A DNA stretch of 64,000 bases from NCBI GenBank assembly GCA_051313645.2, contig JBNRSN020000029.1, forward strand, positions 41,044,001-41,108,000. Direction: 5' to 3'. The translations under genes and the position numbers were made by a program. The notes beneath the pieces were generated by a model, which saw nothing but the letters and a program-made list of their open reading frames with translations, was not told the DNA's origin and made no database searches. Shown here piece by piece: positions 22,661 to 34,607 of this stretch (position 1 is its first letter; each line of letters starts with the position of its first letter). This stretch comes from Centroscyllium fabricii. Taxonomy: Eukaryota.

Positions 22661-22673
22661 TTCAGGGTCACCA
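22661..22673 (-). promoter_or_regulatory. Primer-binding site complementary to the tRNA-Trp 3' end
   Basis: TGGTGACCCTGA, 1 nt after the 5' LTR. The tRNA-Trp PBS consensus is TGGTGACCCCGA. Confidence 0.8.
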
Positions 22674-22674
22674 C

Positions 22675-22925
22675 TGTAGCGCCGGCAGGCCGAGGAACCA
22701 CAGGTGAGCCAGAGCTGGAGAAAAACACAGCTTTAATCACTGGTACAAAACAAGAAAAAGAAAGAGACTGAACCACTCGAGACAGGCATATTTAAACGGT
22801 CCCGCGGTTGGTGACGTCATCGCGTCAACCGACGCGATGACGTCGCCGCGTCACCCGGATGAGCGGGGCTTTGCTCCGCGGAGTCCCCGTGGCGGATTCG
22901 ATGTCCCCGTGGGCGTACCGCCACA
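22675..22925 (-). repeat. 5' LTR of the CsRN1-clade element
   Basis: Matches 18466-18716 and is followed by the CAAT TSD. Confidence 0.95.
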
Positions 22926-24613
22926 CAATTCCATTGAATAAGTGCTGAAGAATATTAAACGGAATGCATTATTGCTGGTAGTAAGGCGTAAGGTGAAGCT
23001 TCATTAATTTCAGTTGTTTTTTTACAACCCATTGGAATTTCCATTTTAGCAAGTCTGATATTCCCATCTGTCCCATTGTAGCACAATAAAAGTAATCTAT
23101 GTGCTGGATGATGTCCAAAATGCAACGCGTAGCTTATCAGAAAATTCACATTGCATTGATCGTGCTTTTTGGTCCATTAGACTAAATGGAATGAAAATCA
23201 TAGGAATTTCACTAGACATATACTGTAAGTTGCTGGTGGCCGGCACTGGTACAGCAATGGCAGAGAACTCCCTTTGTCGAATCCACAGTTCGATTCTTCT
23301 ACAATGCCATTTTTATGCTACGTAGCTGGTTATCTAACGCTTTATGAGCGGCTGACCAGATTTGTTACACGGTCATTTTGATAGACATTGTAATTTGGAA
23401 TTTGCTGTAAGCTATCAGATCTTGCAAAAATCCACTGAATAAAACTACTGCTTGGTGAGTGGGTTGCCCCTGAGAGGATCATAATCTAAAAGTCTGTTGA
23501 GCATTCAGATTGTGCCAAAATCAACTTCCGTCGCAATTCTTATTAAAGCAGGCATGGCTCAACACCAGACTTATCAAGTGGCTTTTTAGCATCTCAGAGA
23601 GTCGGTTTACGAACAGTTCCAAAATTATTTCGCCTCAGATCCTACAGAAGACTGACGAGTGTATACAGTGATCAATCACCTTTGCTCCAACCGATATTAC
23701 GTTCCATTTACTTTAATAGAACTGAATATCGGGTGTGTTGTATAACAGTCCTCAAATGCGATTCAGTCCTTCCTACGTCCCTGCCCAAATTAAATTTGAT
23801 ATGCATTGTGTCTTATATAGAACAGTACATAAATAATCAATCTAAGTAGTGTCGCATAGGTTTGTAGGCACTAGGTTTCATTACTCACCATTGATTGAAC
23901 AATGTTTGTGCTGATCTAAAATATTTGGAAAAAACAATTAATAATCATAATCATAAGCACTGTATTATAAAATGCGTGTTGAATCATTCAATAAAAGCTT
24001 TTTGCGATAACTAATCAGATAAACATATTCCAAACAGCCAATTTCTAAAGTCATTCCTTTTGCTTGTATTATACCTTCAGTTTTTTTACTCAGCTTCGTT
24101 TCTGTTGAGGAATACAGCACGATATGTGTGTGTTTAGATATTTTCAGCCTTTAGTATGCGAGCAATACCTAATTATTTCCAATTACATTGCAAGTGAAGG
24201 AAATTCAGTTGTAATCAAGTAAACCTTTTCATATAGTACAACATTTTGATATCGTTTGTGAAACGCCAATGATACATGGACATGTTATTTCCACAAGGTC
24301 ATAATTATATCATATCGTTAACTATCAAGCCATGAGGATTATTCAATTTTCAGTTTATAATGCTGAGGGTACGAATAATTATTTCATGAAGATGTGGAAA
24401 GGTCTTTATTGTGCACCAATCTTGTGAAATCACAATCCCGTTCTCTTTGAATAATTTCAACAGTTCCCTATAGTTAGCCCACGTTGGAAATTCTGTCCGC
24501 AAAATGTGTGTATTACAAATGATCGTGATGTGGAGGTGCCAGTGTTAGACTGGGGTGGACAAATGCAAGAAGTCACACAACACCAGGTTATAGTCCAACA
24601 GTTTTATTTTAAA

Positions 24614-24651
24614 TCACAAGCTTTCGGAGCGTCTGCCCCTTCATCAGATGA
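24614..24651 (-). ncRNA. Minimal type I hammerhead ribozyme (PLE pLTR)
   Basis: UCAU-CUGAUGA-AGGGGC-AGAC-GCUCC-GAAA-GC-UU-GUGA: intact core, helix II and palindromic AAGCUU helix III. Confidence 0.8.
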
Positions 24652-24900
24652 AAGAGAAGCTGACTTAAAGAACGCACATATGGAAAGGAGAGAGAAATCT
24701 GATCTCCCACATCTCACCTTAGCAGAGATAGACAGAGCACACAAAGGCATATTAACATATTTTAACATATCAGTCTGGGATCAATGAGGCACAGTCACAA
24801 GGGGTCAAATGCTGCAAAACACACAGAATGATGTAAAAAAAAGTAATTTCCTTACAAGACAAAGATGTCTCTGGTCCGGATGACTCTACGTCAGGCAGGG

Positions 24901-26192
24901 TCACATGTAGCGTGATATGAAGCCGATATCACCGTTGAGACCGTCCTCATGGGTGCAGAATTTGGCTATCAGCCTCTGCTCGACGATTTTGCGTTGTCGT
25001 GTGTCTCGACGGCCACCTTGGAGAATGCTTACCTGAAGATCGGAGGCTGAGTGTCCTTCACTGCTGAAATGTTCCCCGACTGGGAGGGAACACTCCTGCC
25101 TGGCAATTGTTGTGTGGTGTCCGTTCATCCATTGCTGAAGTGTCTGCATGGTCTCGCCGATGTACCATGCCCTGGGGCATACTTTCCTGCAACGTATGAG
25201 GTAGACAATATTGGTCGAGTTACATGAGTATGTACCATGTACCTGATGTGGGGTGTCCTCAAGTGTGATGATGGTCTCTGTGCTGATGATTTGGCACGTT
25301 TTGCGAGGTTGCTGTGGCAGGGTTGTGTGGTGTCGTAGTTGTTGTTCTCCTGAATGCTGGGTAATTTGCTGCGAACGATAGTCTGTTTGAGGTTAGGTGG
25401 CTGTTTGAAGGCGAGTAGTGGAGGCGTGGGGATGGCCTTAGCGAGGTGTTCGTCGTCATCAATGACATGTGGAAGGCTGCAAAGAACATGGTGTAGTTTC
25501 TCCGCTCTTTGGAAGTACTGGACGACAAAGGGTACTCTGTTGGTTGTGTCCCGTGGTCGTCTTCCGAGGAGGTCTATGCGATTTTTCGTTATGGCCCATC
25601 GGAACTGTTGATCGATGAGTCGAGTGTCATATCCCGTTCTTACGAGGCCGTCTTTCAGTGTCTGTAGGTGTCCGTCGCGTTCCTCCTCATCTGAGCAGAT
25701 CCTGTTTGTTCGCAGGGCTTGTCCATAGGGGATGGCTTCTTTAACGTGGTTTAGGTGGAAGCTGGAGTAGTGGAGCATCCTTAGGTTGTCCGTGGGTTTG
25801 CGGTAGAGGGAAGTGCTGTGGTGTCTGTTCTTGATGGAGATTCGTGTGTCCAAGAATGAAACCGATTCTGAGGAGTAGTCCATGGTGAGTTTGATGGTGG
25901 GATGGAACTTGTTTATGTTATCGTGTAGTCCTTTCAGTGATTCTTCACCGTGGTTCCACAGGAGGAAAATGTCGTCGATGTATCTGGTGTATAGTGTTGC
26001 TTGGAGGTACTGTGTAGCGATGAAGTCTTGCTCGAACTTGTGCATGAATATGTTGGCGTATTGGGGTGCGAATTTGATCCCCACGGCTGTCCCGTGTGTT
26101 TGGGTAAAAAAACTGTTGTCGAAGGTGAAAATATTGTGGACAAGGATGAAGCGCATGAGTTGTGGGATGATGTCTGGAGATTGGCTGTTCAA
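24901..26192 (-). pseudogene. Penelope RT plus GIY-YIG endonuclease (frameshifted)
   Basis: QTHGTAVGIKFAPQYANIFM, RYIDD, FLD and LYRKPTD. A shifted frame gives NIVYLIRC...WYIGET, then PVGEHFS...E...GLN (ORF 24901-25149). Confidence 0.9.
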
Positions 26193-26325
26193 TTCAATTC
26201 AATTCAAGTTTTATTGTCATTGCAGAGTACTAGTGCAATACAACGAGACGAAGACTCGACGCTCCCGAGAGTAGTGCAAATAAATTACATGCAAATTGCA
26301 TACAGTAAAGTACATTATCAGGCGT
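26188..26325 (-). mobile_element. Short LINE 3' tail nested in the PLE RT region
   Basis: The minus strand ends AATAAAAC(TTGAA)n and interrupts PLE coding sequence between AAKASV and NSQSPD. Confidence 0.6.
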
Positions 26326-26700
26326 GCAGGTACTGAAGCTTTCGCAGCGATGTCGTCATCGTACGGATACTGGTGTAGGGTGCCGAGACGTCCATCGTGG
26401 CAAGGAGTGTTCCTGGTTCGACTGGTCCATGTGTGCTGAGTTTTTGTAAGAAGTCTGTAGTGTCGTGACAAAAGCTGGGGGTTCTCTCTACGATGGGTTT
26501 CAGGATGCCCTCGTTGTATCCTTTTCTGTGTGTTTTGCAGCATTTGAACCCTTGTGACTGTGCCTCATTGATCCCAGACTGATATGTTAAAATATGTTAA
26601 TATGCCATTGTGTGCTCTGTCTATCTCTGCTAAGGTGAGATGTGGGAGATCAGATTTCTCTCTCCTTCCCATATGTGCGTTCTTTAAGTCAGCTTCTCTT

Positions 26701-26738
26701 TCACCTGACGAAGGGGCAGACGCTCCGAAAGCTTGTGG
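26701..26738 (+). ncRNA. Minimal type I hammerhead ribozyme (inverted pLTR)
   Basis: UCAC-CUGACGA-AGGGGC-AGAC-GCUCC-GAAA-GC-UU-GUGG. Confidence 0.8.
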
Positions 26739-27329
26739 TTTAAAATAAAACTGTTGGACTATAACCTGGTGTTGTGTGACTTCTTACAAATGATAGAACA
26801 CTACATATTTTCCTGTCTCCATTGACTCGCTTCCCTGTAATCAATAACACAAGAAACACAGGAAAAGCAATTGCACGGCAGCATCAAGGCACATGCCATT
26901 CTTTCCTGAATGTATACAGCTGTTCCTTCGCCTTGCAGGACAAAACATCTGTGGTCCCAACAGCAACACCATCATGCTTAAGTAATTGACTATCTCCAAT
27001 GTGCTTTATTTTCACAAATTTCCTTCAGTTAAGGTGCGTCTCGTTTTTTTCTTCGGAGGCTTCAGTGTTGTGAAAAGTATTTTTCCATTGTGTCCACAAA
27101 TTGCATCACAAGCATTCCATGGTATAATATATCACAGTTAATATTACAAAGTTCGTAGTTGTCTGGTCTTTCAAACGATTCGGATCTGTACAGTGCAATG
27201 TAAGTGGAAACGTTGCATTGTGCTAAAAGGTTGCAGAAATGAATGATAAACCACGGACAGTTTTGTGCTTTGAACTCTTGCACTGAGTTGATTATTGCAA
27301 GGCAGCCTCAAACTCCAGATAATCCACTT

Positions 27330-28010
27330 ACGCAGCGTGGGTATAGTTTGAGGGACAAAGTTGCAGATGCACATACACGAAAACCCAGAAGTTGCGATCT
27401 GTCAAGTTTTACAATGACAGATCGTATGATTCCACAAGAAATCGCTATTCGCTGGTGCAAGGTTGGGCTATCTGTCCAACTACTGCCCAGCGAATGCCCA
27501 CTTATCTCTTATGCCTGCTCAAATCAGGTGTAATGCCTTATTTTATCATTGTAAGGGTTTAAAAAAAAGATTTTTTTAAATTAATTGAAATATTCAAAAA
27601 CCTTTAAAAGTAGTTAACGTTGTTCTGGCCCCTTTAGAAATGTTGACATTTAATTTTGAAAACAAATATATTTTTTTTTACATGTCAAATTCAATTTTAT
27701 TTTAATTAAATATTAACACGTGATAATCTATTGTTATATCTATGGGTTGAAAATGTGTTTTTATGTGACTCCTATTATATTAGAAGCTTAATGTGAAACC
27801 CACTTTGTTATTAGTTGGGCCGGCCCACATGATCCCAGGGATGCTTGCGAACCGTATACGTCCCAATTTATTTGGACCTTTATGCAGACATTAAGCCTTC
27901 AGGCCCAGGACGGCATGAGTAGGAAGATATTGCACCAGGTAGGTGAGTACATTTCTTGCGGATCGAAGGCATTCACCTACGGGAAGCCTCTGGCTGCAAT
28001 TTCCAGCACA
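27330..28010. mobile_element. Old non-autonomous DNA transposon
   Basis: GC-rich arms around an AT-rich core. ggcccacatgatcccaggg...cctttatgcag is shared with about 4840-4920, and it ends in the TIR-like gcaatttccagc. Confidence 0.45.
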
Positions 28011-28959
28011 ATACAAGTTATGTCATCAATACAAGGCAAAATTAAGCAGGGTGCAACACCGTTGTCCGATGTGATCCCTTGAGTTTCCCGCAGCTGGCTT
28101 AAGTTAAAAATATTCTAATGATGGAAGAACGGAACCCCAGTGGGTCGCAAAACAATTGCATGCGAAACGGGCGGTCGAGTTGCTGCCGCCGATTTATGCT
28201 AATTGTTCGCATGGTGCAGTTGACGTTTGCCTCTTAAACACGACGAGACAGGCTTTATTACTGAAATGACGTTTTGAAGCATAATGCTATCTTATGGTAT
28301 CAAGTTCTTACTTGCTTTCATCTCGCATGCTGTAACAAGAAGTACAATGTTAAAGGGATGATAATGCTTTATAATTAATATTTTACCATCCGGACCTGCC
28401 TTCTTTGCCTAGAATTTAGTCCAATCACCTGTTGTGGCTGCCAATTTGATGAATAAAATACAAAGAAAGGCACACCTATTCTCAGTTACAGGAAAAAGTG
28501 TTGGTTGTAAAACAATTCAAATTGTACCGAATACGTTTATGTTATCACAATAACAAACACTCGTTGCCTTAAAAAATCTCAAAGATAATGGCTGGCCGCT
28601 GAAAAGCCCCTGGGAGTAATTACAGTTATTTGGAAACTCTGATAATGGGAACAATACATTGTTAGGTTTTCTGTTTTCTGCCTATAGATATTTCCTTTCC
28701 TTATAAGTCGCTGATACCTCTCATCGTTGGAACTCTTGTCCCTGGTCTAGCAGTGTTGTATTTATCTGAATGACTTCTTGCTAAGTGTAACACTTACTCA
28801 CGCCTCAGATTACCCTTAACAAGGTGATCTACTCATAGTTGGTGTACGGAAACACAAAGGCTCTATCGGGCCTTGGTTAGGGTTAAACTGCCACATATGA
28901 TTTATTAAATGTTAAACAAGTAAAATAAATTGCTTTGCATAAGCCAGGTGTGTGAAACA

Positions 28960-29660
28960 TACAAGTTAATAGGGCCCGCCAGGTCCTGGTCTTAGTGTTG
29001 CCATTTGTCGCGACAGCCATCTCCGGGGGCTTCCGCTCAGAGCCTGGTAGAGCTATGGCTTTTAAAAATCGCGTCTCAGTTGCCCCGCACTCGTCGCAGA
29101 CAAAGGGAACTGGCACTCACTTCGAAGTTGCCGGGAGGAGAAGGGCGGAGAGAATTGGTCTGGAGAGGTGCCGGTCTAACAAAAATGAGATTGTGACTTG
29201 GGGTGGGGGTGATGTTAGCGAACAACAGCAGGAACGTGGTTGAGTGGGAGAGACGCTGAGGCAGCTGGATGAAGTAATGGGGTGAGTGCAGTCTGCGAAA
29301 CTGTAGTGGGTAAGCATTGAAAGATTGTTCCACTAATGGGCAATCGGGTACGAGGGGACGGAGGCTGGGGACTCGTACCGTGCTCCGGGTGCATCCCAAG
29401 CTTCAGTATATGGAGAGATGCAGTAGCGCCGAGTACTACATTTACCGGCCCAAAACAGCGCTGCAGATTTGGGAGGAGCACTCCTGCTCAACAGAACAGG
29501 AAGTAAAGCTATATTTGTGTCCCTTTTCTTTAGCGGCCACCAACATTTCCTTTAAGGAACGGTGTTTAGGCCGCTTTAGTAAAGGACAATCTAGTCCGAG
29601 TTTGCGTCGCCCTATGCACACCTCGAGGCGCAAAATGTGCGTAATATTCATCACCCCTAG
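28960..29660. promoter_or_regulatory. CpG/GC-rich non-repeat segment, possible promoter
   Basis: Locally GC- and CpG-rich and not matched to other repeats here. It has ETS-like CGGAAG and YY1/Kozak-like GAGATGGC on the minus strand, a GGGCGG box and several GTRAGT donors. Confidence 0.3.
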
Positions 29661-30808
29661 TTTCCGCGACTGTAGAGGACTTTTCTGAAAAATGTAATTG
29701 ATAGTAATAGTATATCCATAGTCTCAAACTATATGTGTATTGAGAGTAACACTGGAAAAGAACGCGATGACGCTAAGCAGGAGCACCTGGGAAGGCGGGA
29801 AGTAAATGCAATAGGTTTCATAATTTTACCTGTATCACAATCTACCAATTTCTTTTCTGCAAATGAAAAAAACAAACAGCAACCATAACATAGAAAATGT
29901 AGCCCATACACTTGGCATGCAACTATTAATTAAAAGAAGGTAAGCTGACGCTTGGATATTGTCAACTCTTTATAGTTGAGAGTCTGCATGGGTAATTCAT
30001 TTAAAGTGGAATTTTCACAAGGTGAACTCTTAATCCCTTAAGCGAGTTATAGATCTTACAACGCTCAATTCGCATAGGTTGGTCATATAAGATATTTTAC
30101 ACTAACAAATAATGCATTTTAATTTGTTATTTGATATATGCATAGTGGTTTATTCAGATTCAGTAACATTATTACGAATTTGCTCACTTATTTAAAGATA
30201 TGTGGAGTGAATTTCGTTTTGGTTCGTGGTTCCAAAACGTGCAATCTTCGATACAACGAAGAGCAATTTCACCCCCGTGGTAGATTTCCAAATTCGAATC
30301 AATGAGAATGAAATTGGATGGTTTATATAACAGGCGTCTAATACGCAACACCAGTTTTACTGCTAGGCTCCAAAGAGAAAATATAACCCACAGTTTTTGT
30401 TTAAATACAAATTTCCGGATGTTATGAACATCTTTTTTTACCAGTTCGTTGTTTGAAAATAATCATCCAGATGAAATTTCGCTTTGTATCTTGAGCCGTT
30501 AAATTTTGAATGTAGGTACATATTTTTTCATTTAACACCGACAACTTGTCACGGTACTCCGTACATAGCTTTGCAATAATACAACAGAATTCACTTTGCC
30601 ATACCTAAACTGTCAACCTTGGTCTGTAATTCTGAAAAAAAGCACAAGATTATGACTAAAAATGCATGATGCACGACGAATTATAGAAGAAAGCGCAGTA
30701 TGTACTGATAGTGCATTTATAAGAACGATATTTATAATTATGGCAATTATATTAATAGAAATCACGAGAAAATTAAGTTAAATTAAGGTGGGAGTGCAAT
30801 AAATGTTT

Positions 30809-33800
30809 TCATTCATTCATGGGATGTGGCCGTCGCTGGCAAGGCCACTGTTATTTACCCATTCCTAATTGCCCTTGAGAAAGTCTTTCTTGAACCGCTG
30901 CAGTCCGTGATGTGAGTGTATTTCTACTGTGCTGAAAGGGTGGCAGTTCCAGGATTTGGACCAAGCGAGGACGAAGGAATGGCGCTATATTTGCAAGTAA
31001 GGATGATGCGTGACTTGGATGGGAACTTGATGGTGGCAGATATGCATCTGCTGCCATTGTCCTTCTACGTGGTAGGGGTTGCGGGTTTCGGAGTTGCTGG
31101 TGAAGATGCCTCGCGAGTTGCTGCAGTGTATCAAGTAAATGGTACACGCTGCAGCCACTTTGCACTGGTTGTGGAGGGAATGAATGTTTAAGATAGTTTA
31201 TCGAGTAGCATCAAGCGAGCAGCATTGCCCTGGGCAGTTTCGTGATTATGTTTTGCTGAATCTGCATATGCAGTTTCCCATCATACTCCTGATTGTGCCT
31301 TGCAGTTTTCGGAAAGTCGAAGGTGAGTCAGGAGGTCAGTAATTCGCCTCAGAATACATAGCATCTGGCCTGCTCATGTCCACTTAAGTTTGCAGTCAAT
31401 GATGACCCCCAGGATGTTGATAGTCCGGGATTTGATTATGGTGATCCAGATGAATTTGGAGGCGAGGAGACTAGACTCTCCATTGTTGCAGAGGTCCAAT
31501 GTTTGGCACTTTTGAGGTGCGACTTATCAGCTCAAACCTAAAATTTACGCACGTTTTTCTGCATTTGGGCACGGACTGATTCATATCTGAGGAGTTGCGA
31601 ATGGAACTGAAAACTGTGCAATCTTTAGCAGACATCCCCACTTGTGGCATTACGAGAGAGGGAAGTGCATTAATGCAGCAATGAAGATTGTTGGCCAAGG
31701 GCATTTCCCCGAAGAACTCCTACAGCGATGTCCTGCGGCTGGGATGATTGGCCTCCAACAATCAGAAACATCTTCCTCTGTATGATTCATTCCATTAAAG
31801 ATTTCCCCCTAATTCGCAGTGAGTTCAATTAACTTGCGCTCCTTGATTAGCTGCTGCCAATATCAAATGCAGTCACTCTCACCTCACCTCCAGAATTCAG
31901 TTATTATGTATGTTTGGACCAAGGCTGCATTGAGGTCTGGAACCGAGTGGCCTGGCAGAACACAAACTTTCCATCAGTGAGCTGGTTATTGGTGAATAAA
32001 TGCTGCTTGATAGAACTATCGACGACAGCTTCCATCACCTTGCTGATGACTGAAACTAAACTTAGTGGGCGTTAATTGGCTGATGGAATTTTGTCTGTTT
32101 TTATTGGAGCGCAATTTTCCACTGTGTCGGGTGCCAGTGTTGTATCTGTACTGGAACAGCTTGACTAGTGGTGTCTTGTACTACAGCCGAGATCTAGTCC
32201 GGCCCATGGCCTTTGCTGTATCCTGTGCGCTCAGCCTTTCTTGATATCATGTGGAGTAAATCACAGACACAGACACAGACACAGAAGATAGGAGCAGGAG
32301 TAGGCCCTTTGAGCCTGCCCCGCCATTTTGGATGAGATCATGGCTGATCATCCAAACCCAGCACCCCCCTCCTACCCTCCTCCCATATTCCCCGACCCCC
32401 CAACTCTAAGAAGTATATCTCGCACACATACATATGGGACATTTTTAGTGTCTCCAATTCACCTACCTGCATGTCTTTGGGTGGTGGGAGGAAACCGGAG
32501 TACCCGGCGGAAACCCACACAAACAGGGGGAGAACATGAACGCTCCACGCAGAGAGGCCCCGGGCCAAGGAGGATTCGAAACCAGAATCTCCTTGTTGCG
32601 AGGCAGCAGTGCTAACCAATGCGGTACCGTGTCGTCCTGGCAGAACTGGCACAAGACCCGCTCCTGTGATGGTGGAGTGCTCATTAGAAGGCTGAGATGG
32701 ATCATCCACTTGTAACTTCTGCCTGATGATTGCAGCAAACGCTTCAGTCTTGTTTATTACATTCATGTGCTGGGCTACACCATCATTGAGGATGGAGATG
32801 TTCATGGAGCCTCCTCCTGCCATAAGTTGTTTCATTGTGCTCCACCATTCATGAGTGGATGCGACAGGACTGCAGAGCTTTGATCTGATCCGTTGATTTC
32901 GGGATCACTTAGTTCTATCTGTAGCCTGCTGCTTCAACTGATTACCAGCTTCACAATGTTGGCATGTCATTTGTATGTAAGCCTAATTATTCAACTGACA
33001 TGCTCTTCTACGCTCCCCATTGAACCAGGGTTGTTCGCCTGAGTTGATGGTAACGTTAGAGTGAGAGATATGCCATGCACATGAGGGAAATAAGGTTGCA
33101 GATTTTTGTGGTATACAATTCTGCTGCTGATAAACGCTCACAGCGCCTCATTGATGCAGTCTTTATGTACTAGATCTGGTCTAAATATGTCGCATTTAGT
33201 ACAGTGGGAGAGCAAAAAACACAATGGAGTTTTTCCTCAGTTTGAAAACGGTACTTTGTCTCCAAAAGGACATTGCGGTGCTCGCTCCTACCAATAGTGC
33301 CATGGACAGATGTATCTGAGATAGGTTGACTGACTATTTGAGGAGGGGTTAAATAGGTATTTTTCTCATGCTGATTATCTCACCATCTGCCTCAGGCCAT
33401 GTCTGGCAACTATGACCATCAGGACTCGACCTGCTGAGTCAGCAGTTTTGCGACCCAGCCACTCTTGTTAATGGAATTTGACGTGCTTCAGCTAAAGTTC
33501 ATTCTGTATACTTTCTACCCATAGTGCTTCTTACAAGTTGTGACCAAAAAGTAGTAGTACTATTTCATCAGCTGTGGGATGGCGGTCGATGCAAAACAGC
33601 AGGAGCTTTCCTTCCTCATATTTGGCCTAATGCCATGAGAATTCATGAGGCTCTGAGACACTTTTCCTGACTCCAAAGCCCTGCCCCTTCCCATTGCAAA
33701 CCACTTTGCCGCCAGCTCTGGTATTTCTGTCATGTAAGTGGGACAGGACTTATCTAAGGATAATGATGGATGATTCTGGGATGTTGGTTGAAAGGTTTGA

Positions 33801-34283
33801 TTGTGTGCGTGTGACTATTTCAGATTTGTTGCTTGTCTTACCTGTGGGACAGCTCTACCACCTTTGACACAAATTCCCGGATGTTAGTGAGGAGGACATT
33901 GTAGGGCCGACTGGGATTGTTGTGCCTTTGCCGTGTCCTAACCAGTTACCTAGGTTGGTGCCAAGTGTTCAATTCGGTTTCATCATTATTGATTATCCTA
34001 GCCGTTTGACACAAACAAAAGGCTTGCTAGGCCATTAAAGAGGGCATTTCAGAGTCAATCACATTGTTGCGGGTCTGGAGACATTTCTGGGTCAGACGTT
34101 GTGAGAAAAGCAGATTTCCTTCCCTAAAGTACATTAGTGAACTAGCTAATTTTTTATGATAATCGTTAATTTCATGTTGACCATTACTGAAGCTTGCTTT
34201 TTAATACAGAGTTTGAAAATAATTTAAGCAATTGCATTTAGATTGCACTGTGGTGGAATTGGAACTCGTTTTTCTGGATTAGT
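30809..34283 (-). mobile_element. Degraded CR1-group LINE with a tRNA/SINE-like 5' head (copy 2)
   Basis: Colinear with 9933-12455. (TGAA)n tail at about 30809, APE N-terminal remnant (TNIREFVSKVVELSHR) at about 33840-33890, and B-box-like GAGTTCCAATTCCACC near 34252-34267. Confidence 0.8.
32262..32638 (-). mobile_element. V-type tRNA SINE nested in the LINE
   Basis: Same family as 15038-15392 and 56762-57177; B box GGTTTCGAATCC. Confidence 0.88.
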
Positions 34284-34284
34284 T

Positions 34285-34607
34285 CATAGAATCATAGAAT
34301 CATAGAATCCCTACAGTGCAGATAGACACCATTTCGGCCCATTGAGCCTGCACCAACACATATTCAACCCTTTCCCCGTAACCCCACATATTTAATCCCA
34401 CTAACACTAAGGGTCAATTTATGCTGGTCAATCAACCTACCCCGCACATCTTTGGACTGTGGGAGGAAACCGGAGCACCCGGAGGAAACCCACGCAGACA
34501 CGGGGAGAATGTGCAAACTCCACACAGATAGTCACCCGAGGCCGGATTTGAAGACGGGCACCTAGTGCTTTGAGGCAAGAATGCTAACTACTATGCCACT
34601 GTGCCGA
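34285..34607 (-). mobile_element. V-type tRNA SINE
   Basis: Same subfamily as 922-1231, with a (CATAGAAT)n tail. Confidence 0.88.

Larger units (their letters stand above)
18466..22925 (-). mobile_element. Full-length Gypsy LTR retrotransposon, CsRN1 clade
   Basis: 251-bp LTRs (18466-18716 and 22675-22925, about 13 differences), 4-bp TSD CAAT, tRNA-Trp-type PBS TGGTGACCC, PPT GGGGGGAG, CHCC gag knuckle, and PR-RT-RH-IN domain order. Confidence 0.95.
24524..26783 (-). mobile_element. Penelope-like retroelement, 5'-truncated, with an inverted pLTR
   Basis: RT ORF and GIY-YIG remnant on the minus strand. About 24567-24828 is repeated in inverted form at about 26523-26785. TTACAAATGAT is duplicated at 24513-24523 and 26784-26794. 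Confidence 0.93.
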
